Shown: positions 39,260-48,200 of the stretch, piece after piece
Numbering within the stretch: the stretch's first letter is position 1
Layout of the letters: every line of letters starts with the position of its first letter
Assembly (NCBI GenBank): GCA_023898525.1
Contig: CP060227.1
Span: 1,021,932-1,085,931, forward strand
Direction: 5' to 3'
DNA length: 64,000 bases
From: Candidatus Nomurabacteria bacterium
Lineage (GTDB): Bacteria; Patescibacteriota; Minisyncoccia; Phycocordibacterales; UBA918
Notes under the pieces: model-generated
Told to the model about the DNA's origin: nothing
Database searches by the model: none
The model's input: only the letters and a program-made list of their open reading frames with translations
Program-made: the position numbers and the translations under genes

Positions 39260-39973
39260 TTATAGTTTTGTAATAAAACTTTGAGTAAATATATTTTTGG
39301 GTACCTCAATTTCTATCATTTTATAAAGCTCTGGGGGTACACCGATGTCTGCGAGATAAAGTTTGCCTAAGTATTCCTTCGCTGTTGTGGATTTAAAACC
39401 AGTTTTTGGTAGCGCAAGCGTCATAGTGATGTCGGCTCTTATACAGGGATTAAAAGATTGACCACTGGTGGTGTCTAACCCAGATGGGGTGTCTAGCGAA
39501 AGAATAGGTGTGTTAGAAGAATTAGCAGTAGTAATAAGCGAGGCGTATTCGTCCTCAGGATTTCCGGTAAGTGAATAGCCAATCAAAGCGTCGATGATTA
39601 GATCGAACTCATCAAAATTGAGCTTAGACTGAGCTGTTACTACATTTAGACCAATTTCCTCCAGAATATCTAGCTGCCGGCGTGTGGTTTTACTCAGTCC
39701 ATATTTGCTGGTGGCCAGGACGATGGTTACCTGAGCTCCGTGATTCTGGAGGTGCCGGGCGGCCGCTAACCCACCACCACCGTTGCCGCCGGTACCGGCT
39801 AACACTATTACTTTTCTGCCACTGCTATCACCAGCAAAAAATTCATTCTTAGCGATTTCTGCTAGGTTTCTTCCCGCGTTTTCCATCATTTGTAGCAAAT
39901 CAATTCGAAAATACTGAATCATTAAGTGATCAACTTCGCGCATCTGGTCGGTGGTAATGTATGGTATTTCCAT
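39260..39973 (-). CDS. nnrE: NAD(P)H-hydrate epimerase (YjeF N-terminal domain)
   Basis: YjeF-N signature VLAGTGGNGGGGLAAARHL and surrounding conserved region. Confidence 0.75.
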   Translation of the reverse strand: MEIPYITTDQMREVDHLMIQYFRIDLLQMMENAGRNLAEIAKNEFFAGDSSGRKVIVLAGTGGNGGGGLAAARHLQNHGAQVTIVLATSKYGLSKTTRRQLDILEEIGLNVVTAQSKLNFDEFDLIIDALIGYSLTGNPEDEYASLITTANSSNTPILSLDTPSGLDTTSGQSFNPCIRADITMTLALPKTGFKSTTAKEYLGKLYLADIGVPPELYKMIEIEVPKNIFTQSFITKL

Positions 39974-40087
39974 ATGTGTTTTTAATAATCCTAGACCAAA
40001 AACATCAATTTGTCTAAGAAAATTGTTATTTTGCTGTCTTGGGTATGGTATAAAGAAAACAGAACAGTTTTTTTGAGGAGAACAATA

Positions 40088-40435
40088 ATGAAAATACTCA
40101 TATTTAACAGGGAAGTAGATTTGAGTGGTAAGAATGTCGTATTTACACCAGAAAACCCCTCTGATCTGATACAGAATAACCTGCCGCAGATTGTTGGTTG
40201 TAAGTTAAGGGTTAGGTCCGGTTCTGGGAATTTTAATCTGTGTGTAAGTGACCACAGGCTGCAAATATACGTTATGGCAGGAAGTGGTTCTTATATAAAA
40301 CAGTTAATCGACGGTTCTTTTATGGAGTCCAAAGTAGACATAGGGGACGATTTTGTGGTAGAGATAGGTATGAAACATCGGGTAATTCCTGATAGAAGGG
40401 GTTTGTTGCTATGGGTTGATGTTATGATAGAGTAA
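40088..40435 (+). CDS. hypothetical protein
   Basis: Track ORF starts at a TTG (40010). An internal ATG at MKILIF is the more likely start. No family recognised. Confidence 0.3.
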   Translation: MKILIFNREVDLSGKNVVFTPENPSDLIQNNLPQIVGCKLRVRSGSGNFNLCVSDHRLQIYVMAGSGSYIKQLIDGSFMESKVDIGDDFVVEIGMKHRVIPDRRGLLLWVDVMIE

Positions 40436-40639
40436 AATAATAAAAACTAAATAGTAAAGACCTGGCGACGTTATGTCTCTGGGTCTGAATTGTTTTAGTA
40501 AGTATATTGATTTGCCAACTATGCTAATTAATTTGTATGGGAAACAAACGAGGAGCGACCTTTTCTTGTCGCTCATCGCTCCCTTTAAGGTTGCACCTCC
40601 GTTATTTTCTTTGTTTTAATAGATTTAATACTATAGGTG

Positions 40640-41760
40640 CCGGCTTAACTATGAATAATCTCACATACATATGAGACTCCTTAAATAAGGAGTAATGAGA
40701 ATACATAACATTTTAAGGAACACCAGAGGGTTTGCCAAAGCGGCTGATAGTGCTCTAAAGTGGCAGACAATGAAAAACAAACAGGAGGTCGAAAGAAGAG
40801 TTAAAATACTCACGTTTTGGCAAAAACATGGTACTAATACCACCAAAGATGCTTTTGGCGTATCTAGACCAACTTTATTTAGATGGCAAAAAGAACTAAA
40901 TGATAGTAATGGTAATATCCAAGCCCTAGACCCCAAGAGTACTGCTCCTAAGAAACGAAGAGTGAGACAGATATCACCACCACTAGAGCAAGCTATTATC
41001 AACTGGCGTACTAAGCGACCACGGATTGGTGGGAAAAAGCTGGTACCGCTATTGAAGAAGGAAGGATTCAAGGTGTCAGTTTCCTATGTTAATCGCTGTA
41101 TCAGTGATCTTAAAGAACTAGGTAGACTACCGAATCCAGTTAAGCTCTCTTGGTACGCTAAGAGTGGTACACACAAAGAACAAAGAAAAACCAAGGTTAA
41201 AAAACAAAGAAGACCACAAAAACAAGGTTTGGAGATAGACACTATCGTGAGACACATAGATGGCACTAAACGGTACATACTCACCGCCATAGACATAGAA
41301 AGACGGTTTGCTTACGCTCGTACTTATACCAGTCATTCTTCAAATAGTGCTCGAGACTTTCTAAAACAACTTATACACTATACCCCTTTTAGTATAGATG
41401 AGATACAGACTGATAATGGTTCAGAATTCGCTAAATACTTCCACGAAGCTTGTTTAACTCTTAACATCAACCATTATCACACTTATCCACGTTGTCCTAA
41501 GATGAATGCCTATATAGAGCGATTCAATCGTACCGTTCAAGAAGAACACATTATTTATCACCGATCCCTGCTTCGAGATAGTATTCCTGACTTCAATGAT
41601 TCACTGAATGAATGGTTGTATTGGTATAACCATGAGAGACCGCATGAAGGACTGGGTCTTTTGTCGCCCATGGAGTATTATAGAGAACATTATGAGATAG
41701 AGTCTCAAAGGTGGTGAGATCGTACAAACTATTGACTGTACGCTTGAATTATGGCAGTGT
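40640..41760 (+). mobile_element. IS481-family insertion sequence (boundaries approximate, terminal IRs not resolved)
   Basis: Single transposase ORF with a strong SD. Flanking sequence lacks other genes. Ends not identified by eye. Confidence 0.5.
40695..41717 (+). CDS. DDE transposase, IS481 family (HTH + rve integrase core)
   Basis: N-terminal HTH region. DDE triad in AIDIERRF / IQTDNGSEF / YIERFNRTV. TAAGGAG RBS 5 nt upstream of the ATG. Confidence 0.8.
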   Translation: MRIHNILRNTRGFAKAADSALKWQTMKNKQEVERRVKILTFWQKHGTNTTKDAFGVSRPTLFRWQKELNDSNGNIQALDPKSTAPKKRRVRQISPPLEQAIINWRTKRPRIGGKKLVPLLKKEGFKVSVSYVNRCISDLKELGRLPNPVKLSWYAKSGTHKEQRKTKVKKQRRPQKQGLEIDTIVRHIDGTKRYILTAIDIERRFAYARTYTSHSSNSARDFLKQLIHYTPFSIDEIQTDNGSEFAKYFHEACLTLNINHYHTYPRCPKMNAYIERFNRTVQEEHIIYHRSLLRDSIPDFNDSLNEWLYWYNHERPHEGLGLLSPMEYYREHYEIESQRW

Positions 41761-41802
41761 TCTAAGTGAAAGTTTTTTAAATCACCGAAAAAGGGGAATT
41801 AA

Positions 41803-41964
41803 ATGATGAAAATATCTTTTAAAAAAGTCCTAATAGTCATCGGTTTATCCGCATTAATATTCGCGTTATATGAAGTCAATAGCTTTCTGGAAGATTTGGT
41901 TGCTGAAAGAGATGGTGCTACTATTTCCTACCCAGTGAACGGCGAATTTTCTTGGGAAGATTGA
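41803..41964 (+). CDS. small secreted/TM peptide (53 aa, below track cutoff)
   Basis: AAGGGG RBS 7 nt upstream. MMKISFKKVLIVIGLSALIFALYEV... hydrophobic N-terminus. Confidence 0.3.
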   Translation: MMKISFKKVLIVIGLSALIFALYEVNSFLEDLVAERDGATISYPVNGEFSWED

Positions 41965-42006
41965 TTGATAACATATTTTGTCTTGTCTTAGAAATAGGAG
42001 GATAAT

Positions 42007-42360
42007 ATGACTTACCCAAAGAGGTTGACCTTTTTTATGCTAATTCTTCTCTGTTTATATACCTTTCTTATTCTAACGTCACACGTAATTCACATAGAAA
42101 ACGACGTCTCCAAAAGGGAATGTGAGGTAGGTAGGGTTATAGGAATAGACACTGAGATTAATTTTGATGATGATGGTGTAGGTAGTGGCTGGCAGTCATT
42201 GGTTAAAATAAAACTAGAACAAGAGGTTGTTGAGGTCTATCTACCAAATCTCACTGATCTTCTATCTTTTGAATTGCATGATCTGGTAGACTACTGTCAT
42301 GGAGGCAATGAAGAAGAAAGGGTTAGAAAGGTTTGTAATTCTGCTTGTGTTAGTGTCTAA
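42007..42360 (+). CDS. membrane-anchored hypothetical protein
   Basis: GGAGG RBS. N-terminal TM. Cys-containing C-terminal part. Confidence 0.4.
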   Translation: MTYPKRLTFFMLILLCLYTFLILTSHVIHIENDVSKRECEVGRVIGIDTEINFDDDGVGSGWQSLVKIKLEQEVVEVYLPNLTDLLSFELHDLVDYCHGGNEEERVRKVCNSACVSV

Positions 42361-42897
42361 TACAAAAAACTACAGCGCAGTTGTCTACTTACAGACACTG
42401 CGCTGGTTTCATTATACTCATTCTCCGATTACAGGTGGAGGTAGTTTGCGATATGGTCTCAAAGTTCCAGAAATGTTGGTTAGGACTATTATAAAATAGC
42501 ACCAACGCTTAAAAGAATGAAGGTACACTTTTACAACATAATTACCACCCCAAATTCTTTCCTGGTGTATTTTTAGTGTAGTTGCCGTTCTTTCGACGTC
42601 AACACTATCTGTACCTATTAACGACACTATGTGTACTTTATAGACCTCAATTATTTTACTCATTATAGTTTCTTGTACCGCCGCATCGTATGATTTTGTA
42701 TTCATAACAATCTCTCCCTTAACTTAAAATTAAGAATTAAATCTAAAGCGGGTTTAAACTACAAACCACAGTAATTGTACGATAATCGAATATCATTGTC
42801 TATAGTTTAAAACGCTTGATAGGTTAGTATTTTCCTATTATGCTAATATATGGAGTACGGGTATTAAATTTTCCAAACCTAAAGTGGAGGAAGAGAC

Positions 42898-43272
42898 ATG
42901 AGTTACATCTTAAATTTTTTACGGTGTAAAAAACCTAGATTTCGTCCGGTTGATAAATGTGTTAATCAATATGAATTAGAATTGATTTTTAAAAAACATA
43001 GGGATTACATAGCTGCACAATTTTATAATAACTATTCTACGTTCAATTATAAAAGTGCCTGTGATGAAGATGGGGCGAAATTTAAAGAGTCTATCATAAA
43101 GAGTTTGATTGAAAGGTTTGCGAAACTCTTAAATTCCAGTGAAGTTTCAGGTGCGCAGCTCGAAGTGTGGGTAGGTGATGTTTTTCGATTCTGTTATAAC
43201 CCGATGACCGGCAATATGTTACCTATCTCAGCCTTTGCCAATTGGCTTAGAGGCTTACATCCAACTATCTAA
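42898..43272 (+). CDS. hypothetical protein
   Basis: GGAGGAAG RBS. 124 aa soluble protein. No homology recognised. Confidence 0.4.
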   Translation: MSYILNFLRCKKPRFRPVDKCVNQYELELIFKKHRDYIAAQFYNNYSTFNYKSACDEDGAKFKESIIKSLIERFAKLLNSSEVSGAQLEVWVGDVFRFCYNPMTGNMLPISAFANWLRGLHPTI

Positions 43273-43376
43273 TAATGAGCCCATATAATCGGCAGTACAC
43301 TAGAAGTAAAAGTGTACTGCCGTTTTCTGTATTTACAAAACAACCCAGTTTGTGATTAAATTATAATAATTTTTTC

Positions 43377-43670
43377 GTGGGGGAGGTCAAAATGCATATA
43401 ATACTTTGGAGTATTTCGATCATTGATCTTTGTTTTGTACTTATTTTCCTTGGGCTGACGATTTATAAAAATGTAATCCTAGTTAAAGAAAAGGGTGATA
43501 TTGAAGCTGATGATGTCAGGCTTGGACAGTTTCAATTAACTTTCTTGTCCATGATCGTTGTCACTACAGTGATTTTGATTGTCGTCTGGACTTGCGCCTA
43601 CTTAGCAGGTGATCTTAACTCTGTTTGTGACGGGTGTGAGAGGTATTTGACAAATGTCCATTCTGATTAA
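43377..43670 (+). CDS. small 2-TM membrane protein
   Basis: GGGGGAGG RBS. Two hydrophobic helices. CDGCERY motif. Confidence 0.4.
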   Translation: MGEVKMHIILWSISIIDLCFVLIFLGLTIYKNVILVKEKGDIEADDVRLGQFQLTFLSMIVVTTVILIVVWTCAYLAGDLNSVCDGCERYLTNVHSD

Positions 43671-43675
43671 TAACC

Positions 43676-43717
43676 AAAGGCCGGTTTTGCTCGCGCAAAA
43701 CCGGCCATCTTTTATTG
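43676..43717 (+). terminator. rho-independent terminator
   Basis: GGCCGGTTTTGC-tcgc-GCAAAACCGGCC followed by a T-rich tract. Confidence 0.55.
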
Positions 43718-44343
43718 TGACTAACGTGGTTAAGTAGTCTGGAGTCGCAAGTCTTGAATTCCTCTGTCTCCCTTTTTAACGTTGGGGAGCATACTTCTTT
43801 TCACTTCTATTTCTCCACCTATTTCGTCAAATAAAAGAACACGTTCGTCGTTGACATGATGAACTAGCCAGGTTTCGGAATATTCTGCCGAATTTAAGCC
43901 ATCCATACTTGTACAACTAAGGTTTTCTTTGCACATAATTGTCTCCCGCATTTTTGTAAAAAAGTATGTGTCAAAACTCTATGCGTAAATATGTCACAAA
44001 AAGACCGCATTGAAAAGATGTTATCTAAATATTTGTGTGTTGTATTAAAGCTAGTTAACAGGTTAGGAACCGTTAAGGCACAGTTTATACCCGAGTTATA
44101 CATGGGTTATGTACAGGGGCTGGGGATAAAATGAGACTTATTTTTAAGTATTTTGAGTCATTTTATCCCCAGTTTTTGCCTATTTGAGAGCTGTGGATTT
44201 GGTTGTTTTTGACAATTGGCCAAGTGTGTCCTTGGTGTTTTAAACTACTATCATGCAGTGGCGAAACGGGTTGTATGCGTTTTACCTCCGCGTTTTTAAA
44301 AGTGTAATTAGTAGGGTTAATTAATTTATACAACTTAATATTT

Positions 44344-45618
44344 ATGAAAAAAATTATTACAAGTTTGGGAATGATTGTCTTCGTAGGAGCGGTCGTTGTT
44401 GGAGGAACGGGGGCCTTCTTCAGCGACACCGAGACTTCAACCGGCAACGTGTTCACGGCTGGGGCTATTGATTTAAAGGTTGATAGTGTTGGTCATATCA
44501 ATGGCTTAGTTTGTCATGATGATACTGATGATGAGACAGATAACTCACGTTGGATTCCTGAAGATCAGGTGGTCTGGAACCCTGACACAGAGCAGAATGA
44601 ACTAGCGGGTGACGCTAATGTACCAGCTGCTATCGATGAGTACAACGAAGCCAATCCAGCCAATGTACCGCAAGCTGGCGAACCTTGTGGTAGTACTTGG
44701 GCTTTGACTGATTTGTTGGATGGAGTACACACTTTCTTCAACTTTGATGATATCAAGCCGGGCGACGAGGGTGAAAACACGATTTCACTACACATAGACA
44801 ACAACGATGCTTGGATGTGTGTTGATATTGATATCACCAAAAACGATGACGTGTCTTCAACCGAGCCAGAGCTTGAAGATGGTGATGTAGAAGAGGAGGG
44901 TACTGATGATTTTGATGGAGAATTGGCACAACACATGAACTTCTTTGCTTGGCTAGATGATGGGGACAATATTTGGCAAACAGATGAACTGCCACTGTTT
45001 ACAAACACTTCAGGTCCAGCAAGTGATGTGCTAGGTGGACGAACCTACGCTCTAGCCGACTCAACTACCGGTAACGGGCCGATTGCTGGTGGTGAAACAC
45101 ATTACATCGGTCTAGCTTGGTGTGCCGGTGAAATAGACGCTTTAACACCGGGAGTTATCCTTTGTGATGGCTCAACTATGGGTAACGAAGCCCAAACGGA
45201 CATGATGGAAGCTGATATTGCTTTCCGAGTGGAGCAGGCTCGAAATAACGGTGACTTTACTTGTGTGGGGCGAGATGTTCAGTTACCAGCTCCAGCATTG
45301 ACTATAGATAAAGAAGTTACATTTTCTAGTTCAACTATAGTTGGTGTGGAAGTTAGTGATTTTCAGTTAGTTATAACTGGACCTGATGCAGCAACAACCA
45401 CAACTATATTGAGTGACGAAGTCAAAGCTGAAGGATTGGCAGCTGGTGTCTATACTATCAGTGAGGTTTATTCTGGCGACCCATCTGGAGTGGTTTGGGA
45501 CGCTCAGTTTAGTGGAGCTTGTTCTGAAATAGGAGATTCTGATGATGGTACTATTACTTTAGCAAATGGGGATGATCTTCTTTGTAACATAACAAATGTA
45601 ATTTCACCAATTCAATAA
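44344..45618 (+). CDS. TasA/camelysin-like (peptidase M73-type) secreted protein, paralogue 1, with C-terminal Cna-B/prealbumin-like domain
   Basis: Signal peptide ending VGGTGAFFSDTETSTGNVFTAGAIDL, close to the B. subtilis TasA N-terminus and the SipW-cognate signal class. Core FNFDDIKPGDEGENTISLHIDNNDAWMCVDIDIT aligns with TasA NLKPGD...FENNGS. C-terminal GVYTISEVYSGDPSG motif. Confidence 0.75.
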   Translation: MKKIITSLGMIVFVGAVVVGGTGAFFSDTETSTGNVFTAGAIDLKVDSVGHINGLVCHDDTDDETDNSRWIPEDQVVWNPDTEQNELAGDANVPAAIDEYNEANPANVPQAGEPCGSTWALTDLLDGVHTFFNFDDIKPGDEGENTISLHIDNNDAWMCVDIDITKNDDVSSTEPELEDGDVEEEGTDDFDGELAQHMNFFAWLDDGDNIWQTDELPLFTNTSGPASDVLGGRTYALADSTTGNGPIAGGETHYIGLAWCAGEIDALTPGVILCDGSTMGNEAQTDMMEADIAFRVEQARNNGDFTCVGRDVQLPAPALTIDKEVTFSSSTIVGVEVSDFQLVITGPDAATTTTILSDEVKAEGLAAGVYTISEVYSGDPSGVVWDAQFSGACSEIGDSDDGTITLANGDDLLCNITNVISPIQ

Positions 45619-45735
45619 TAATACCTATTTAGCCGTTCCGAATTTCAGCTTTATGGCTGGAATTTGGCGGGCTGAAGGGGGAATCAGTGTGATTGAGGTT
45701 TAAAAACGTATTTATTCAGCCTTAAAAACTTAACT

Positions 45736-47121
45736 ATGCGACGAATATTCTTGAGTTTAGTGATGATTACAGTGGTTGGCGGGGCACTGACCTTCGGGGC
45801 AACTAAGGCCTTCTTCAACGATTCCGAAACTTCGGTAGCTAATGTATTAGCAGCCGGAGCGATTGATCTTTTGATCGACAACGAGAGCTACTATAACGGT
45901 CTTTTTAATGAAAATACCTCTTGGGAAAAGAAGGATTTGACCATTGAGAAATTCTTTGACTTTGATGATGTAAAGCCGGGGGATTATGGTGAGGATACTA
46001 TATCGGTACATGTCGAAAATAACGACTCATACATGTGTGCTGATGTGACTTTGACTTCCAATAACGAAAACGGGCAGACTGAGCCGGAAGCACTGGTAGA
46101 CCAAACTACCGGAGAAGATGAGGGTGAGTTAGCTGGTTTAGTCAATTTTATCTGGTGGGCTGACGATGGAGATAATGTACTGGAAGATGATGAGGAAGTT
46201 ATCTCCGGTCCGGGGCCAATCGGGGCTTTGCCACTAAATGAACCGTACTCAATCACACTGGCTGATGCCACGAAGAATATATGGAACGAGGATCAGCTAC
46301 CCGGTCCGGTAAATGGTGCCGAAACCTACTATATCGGCAAGGCTTGGTGTTTTGGTGAAATAGTACCTGATCCGCTTCCGCAAGACGGCGAAGCTGACGA
46401 CTGGTCTCCGGCCGATGACAATAACGGCAATCAGAAGTCAGGTGAGCCGTCTGATGGTGGTTTCCTTTGTAGCGGGGCTGAGCTCGGCAATGAAAGTCAG
46501 ACTGACTCGCTGACTGCTGATGTTGCCTTCAGTGCTGTGCAAGCTCGTCATAACCCCAACTTCATGTGTGAGCCAGTTGATCTGACTTGTGATCCGGAGC
46601 AATCATATGCAACTAAGGTAGTGGCCTTTTCACAAGGAGTTCGCAGAAACGGCACTCCGGTAGACCCGAGTCGCTCAAATCCAACTTTTGCTCTTGGAGC
46701 GCCACAGAGTGCTGGAACGTCGTTTGATAATCCAGTGGTTCCAAACAGCTTCTTTAGTCTAGGATTCAATCCAGACGCACAGCAGCTTGAAGGTGGTTGG
46801 ATCGTAGTTGAGTTTGAAGATGGATATATTGTGGATGGTCCAGGTAATGACCTTAGAGCTTGGGAAGTGACTGGTGGTAATAGTTATCCAGTCGAAAAGA
46901 TAAAGATTGAAGTGAGTCAAAACGGCTCAGATTGGCACTTGGTATCCGCTAGTTTAGATCGGGATGTAGAGGCAGACTTGGCTTCGTCTGGTTTAGCGTG
47001 GGCCAAGTATGTCAGAGTGACCGATGTATCACCACGCGCACCGTTTGAAGCAACTGCTGATGGTTATGATTTGGATGCTTTCAGTGCACTTAACTGTGCT
47101 ACGTTGCCACCAAATATATAA
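45736..47121 (+). CDS. TasA/camelysin-like secreted protein, paralogue 2, with extra C-terminal domain
   Basis: Signal peptide ending GATKAFFNDSETSVANVLAAGAIDL. Core FFDFDDVKPGDYGEDTISVHVENNDSYMCADVTLT. Conserved acidic block EPEALVD...GELAGLVNFIWWADDGDN. About 150 aa extra C-terminal region. Confidence 0.75.
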   Translation: MRRIFLSLVMITVVGGALTFGATKAFFNDSETSVANVLAAGAIDLLIDNESYYNGLFNENTSWEKKDLTIEKFFDFDDVKPGDYGEDTISVHVENNDSYMCADVTLTSNNENGQTEPEALVDQTTGEDEGELAGLVNFIWWADDGDNVLEDDEEVISGPGPIGALPLNEPYSITLADATKNIWNEDQLPGPVNGAETYYIGKAWCFGEIVPDPLPQDGEADDWSPADDNNGNQKSGEPSDGGFLCSGAELGNESQTDSLTADVAFSAVQARHNPNFMCEPVDLTCDPEQSYATKVVAFSQGVRRNGTPVDPSRSNPTFALGAPQSAGTSFDNPVVPNSFFSLGFNPDAQQLEGGWIVVEFEDGYIVDGPGNDLRAWEVTGGNSYPVEKIKIEVSQNGSDWHLVSASLDRDVEADLASSGLAWAKYVRVTDVSPRAPFEATADGYDLDAFSALNCATLPPNI

Positions 47122-47170
47122 AAGAGGAGTGGTCTAAAGGGAGAGGGAGGTTCAATAACTTTCATTATAT

Positions 47171-48199
47171 ATGCCAAAAATATTCTACCAAAAAGGAGTT
47201 AAAATCACGCTTTTAGGTGGAATTTTGGTGTTTCTTGTGGTGATCTTGTCGGCTAGTGGTGTCAGTGCAGGCTATACCTTTGCGACCTATAACGATGGTT
47301 ATGATGGTAAACACAAAAAAAGTGGTCATGGTAAGGGTCTGGAACTCACGATTGACAGCCGCGCTGTCTACAATGGAGTTTTGCAACCTGCTTTGACTTG
47401 GGACTTAAAACACCTAGTACCGGGAGTGGATCACTTCTTTGATTTTGACGATGTGAAGCCGGGGGATATGGGCGAGCATACCATCAGTCTTCATGTGAAG
47501 AAAAGTGCCGCTTATGCCTGCTTGGATTTTCAGAACTTGGTAGATGATGAAAATGGCATGAACGAGCCGGAAGCGCTGGTAGACGATGAGGAGGGTGGAG
47601 AATTGTCGCAATATCTTGAGTTTTTTGGTTGGCGCGACGATGGTGATGGAGAGTTTGAGGTTGGAGAGAAGGTGTTGTTTGGTTTGGAGGATCAGGCGGC
47701 TAGTGTTTTGCTAAATGACACGACTTATCCAATCGAGGATACTTATACCGGTAAGAGCTGCAAGATGAACTCGGTTAATTATGTGGGCATAATCTGGTGT
47801 GCTGGAGACCTTATGGTAGACGTCGACACGGCCGAAGTTAGTTGTAGTGGAGAAGGGTTGGGCAATGTCATACAGACCGATTCTATGAGTGTGGACGTGC
47901 GCCTAAGAGCAGTTCAATCTAGCTACAACAACGGTTTTAGGTGTTCTGCAAAATCAAAGCCAAAGAAACCAAAGGGTAATAATGGTCACGGTAACGATGA
48001 GGATCATAATGATGACTCAAACCCCGGCAATTCTAATGACGAAGATGATCATACTGATGATGATGGAGTGCCTCCGGGTCAGGAAGAGGAGATTGAAAGT
48101 GAGCGTTTTACTCGAGTTAGTGATTTGCGTCGAGAATCGCCAAGCTTCCGCAATAATCTATGGAGTAATCTAGCCGTCTTAATGGGTCGAAATATGTAA
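47171..48199 (+). CDS. TasA/camelysin-like secreted protein, paralogue 3 (divergent N-terminus, His/Asp-rich tail)
   Basis: Strong GGGAGAGGGAGG RBS. Core FFDFDDVKPGDMGEHTISLHVKKSAAYACLD and acidic block EPEALVDDEEGGEL...FGWRDDGDGEF shared with paralogues 1-2. C-terminal HGNDEDHNDDSNPGNSNDEDDH tail. Confidence 0.65.
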   Translation: MPKIFYQKGVKITLLGGILVFLVVILSASGVSAGYTFATYNDGYDGKHKKSGHGKGLELTIDSRAVYNGVLQPALTWDLKHLVPGVDHFFDFDDVKPGDMGEHTISLHVKKSAAYACLDFQNLVDDENGMNEPEALVDDEEGGELSQYLEFFGWRDDGDGEFEVGEKVLFGLEDQAASVLLNDTTYPIEDTYTGKSCKMNSVNYVGIIWCAGDLMVDVDTAEVSCSGEGLGNVIQTDSMSVDVRLRAVQSSYNNGFRCSAKSKPKKPKGNNGHGNDEDHNDDSNPGNSNDEDDHTDDDGVPPGQEEEIESERFTRVSDLRRESPSFRNNLWSNLAVLMGRNM

Positions 48200-48200
48200 T

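Noticed and set aside
44565-45008. Antisense track ORFs inside well-supported genes (for example 44565..45008, 45984..46271, 31432..31788, 8925..9107, 9615..9839, 4589..4783)
   Set aside because: They lie opposite or inside conserved genes (TasA-like, GroEL, P-type ATPase, MsrAB). They are Ser/low-complexity rich and have no RBS, so they are spurious.
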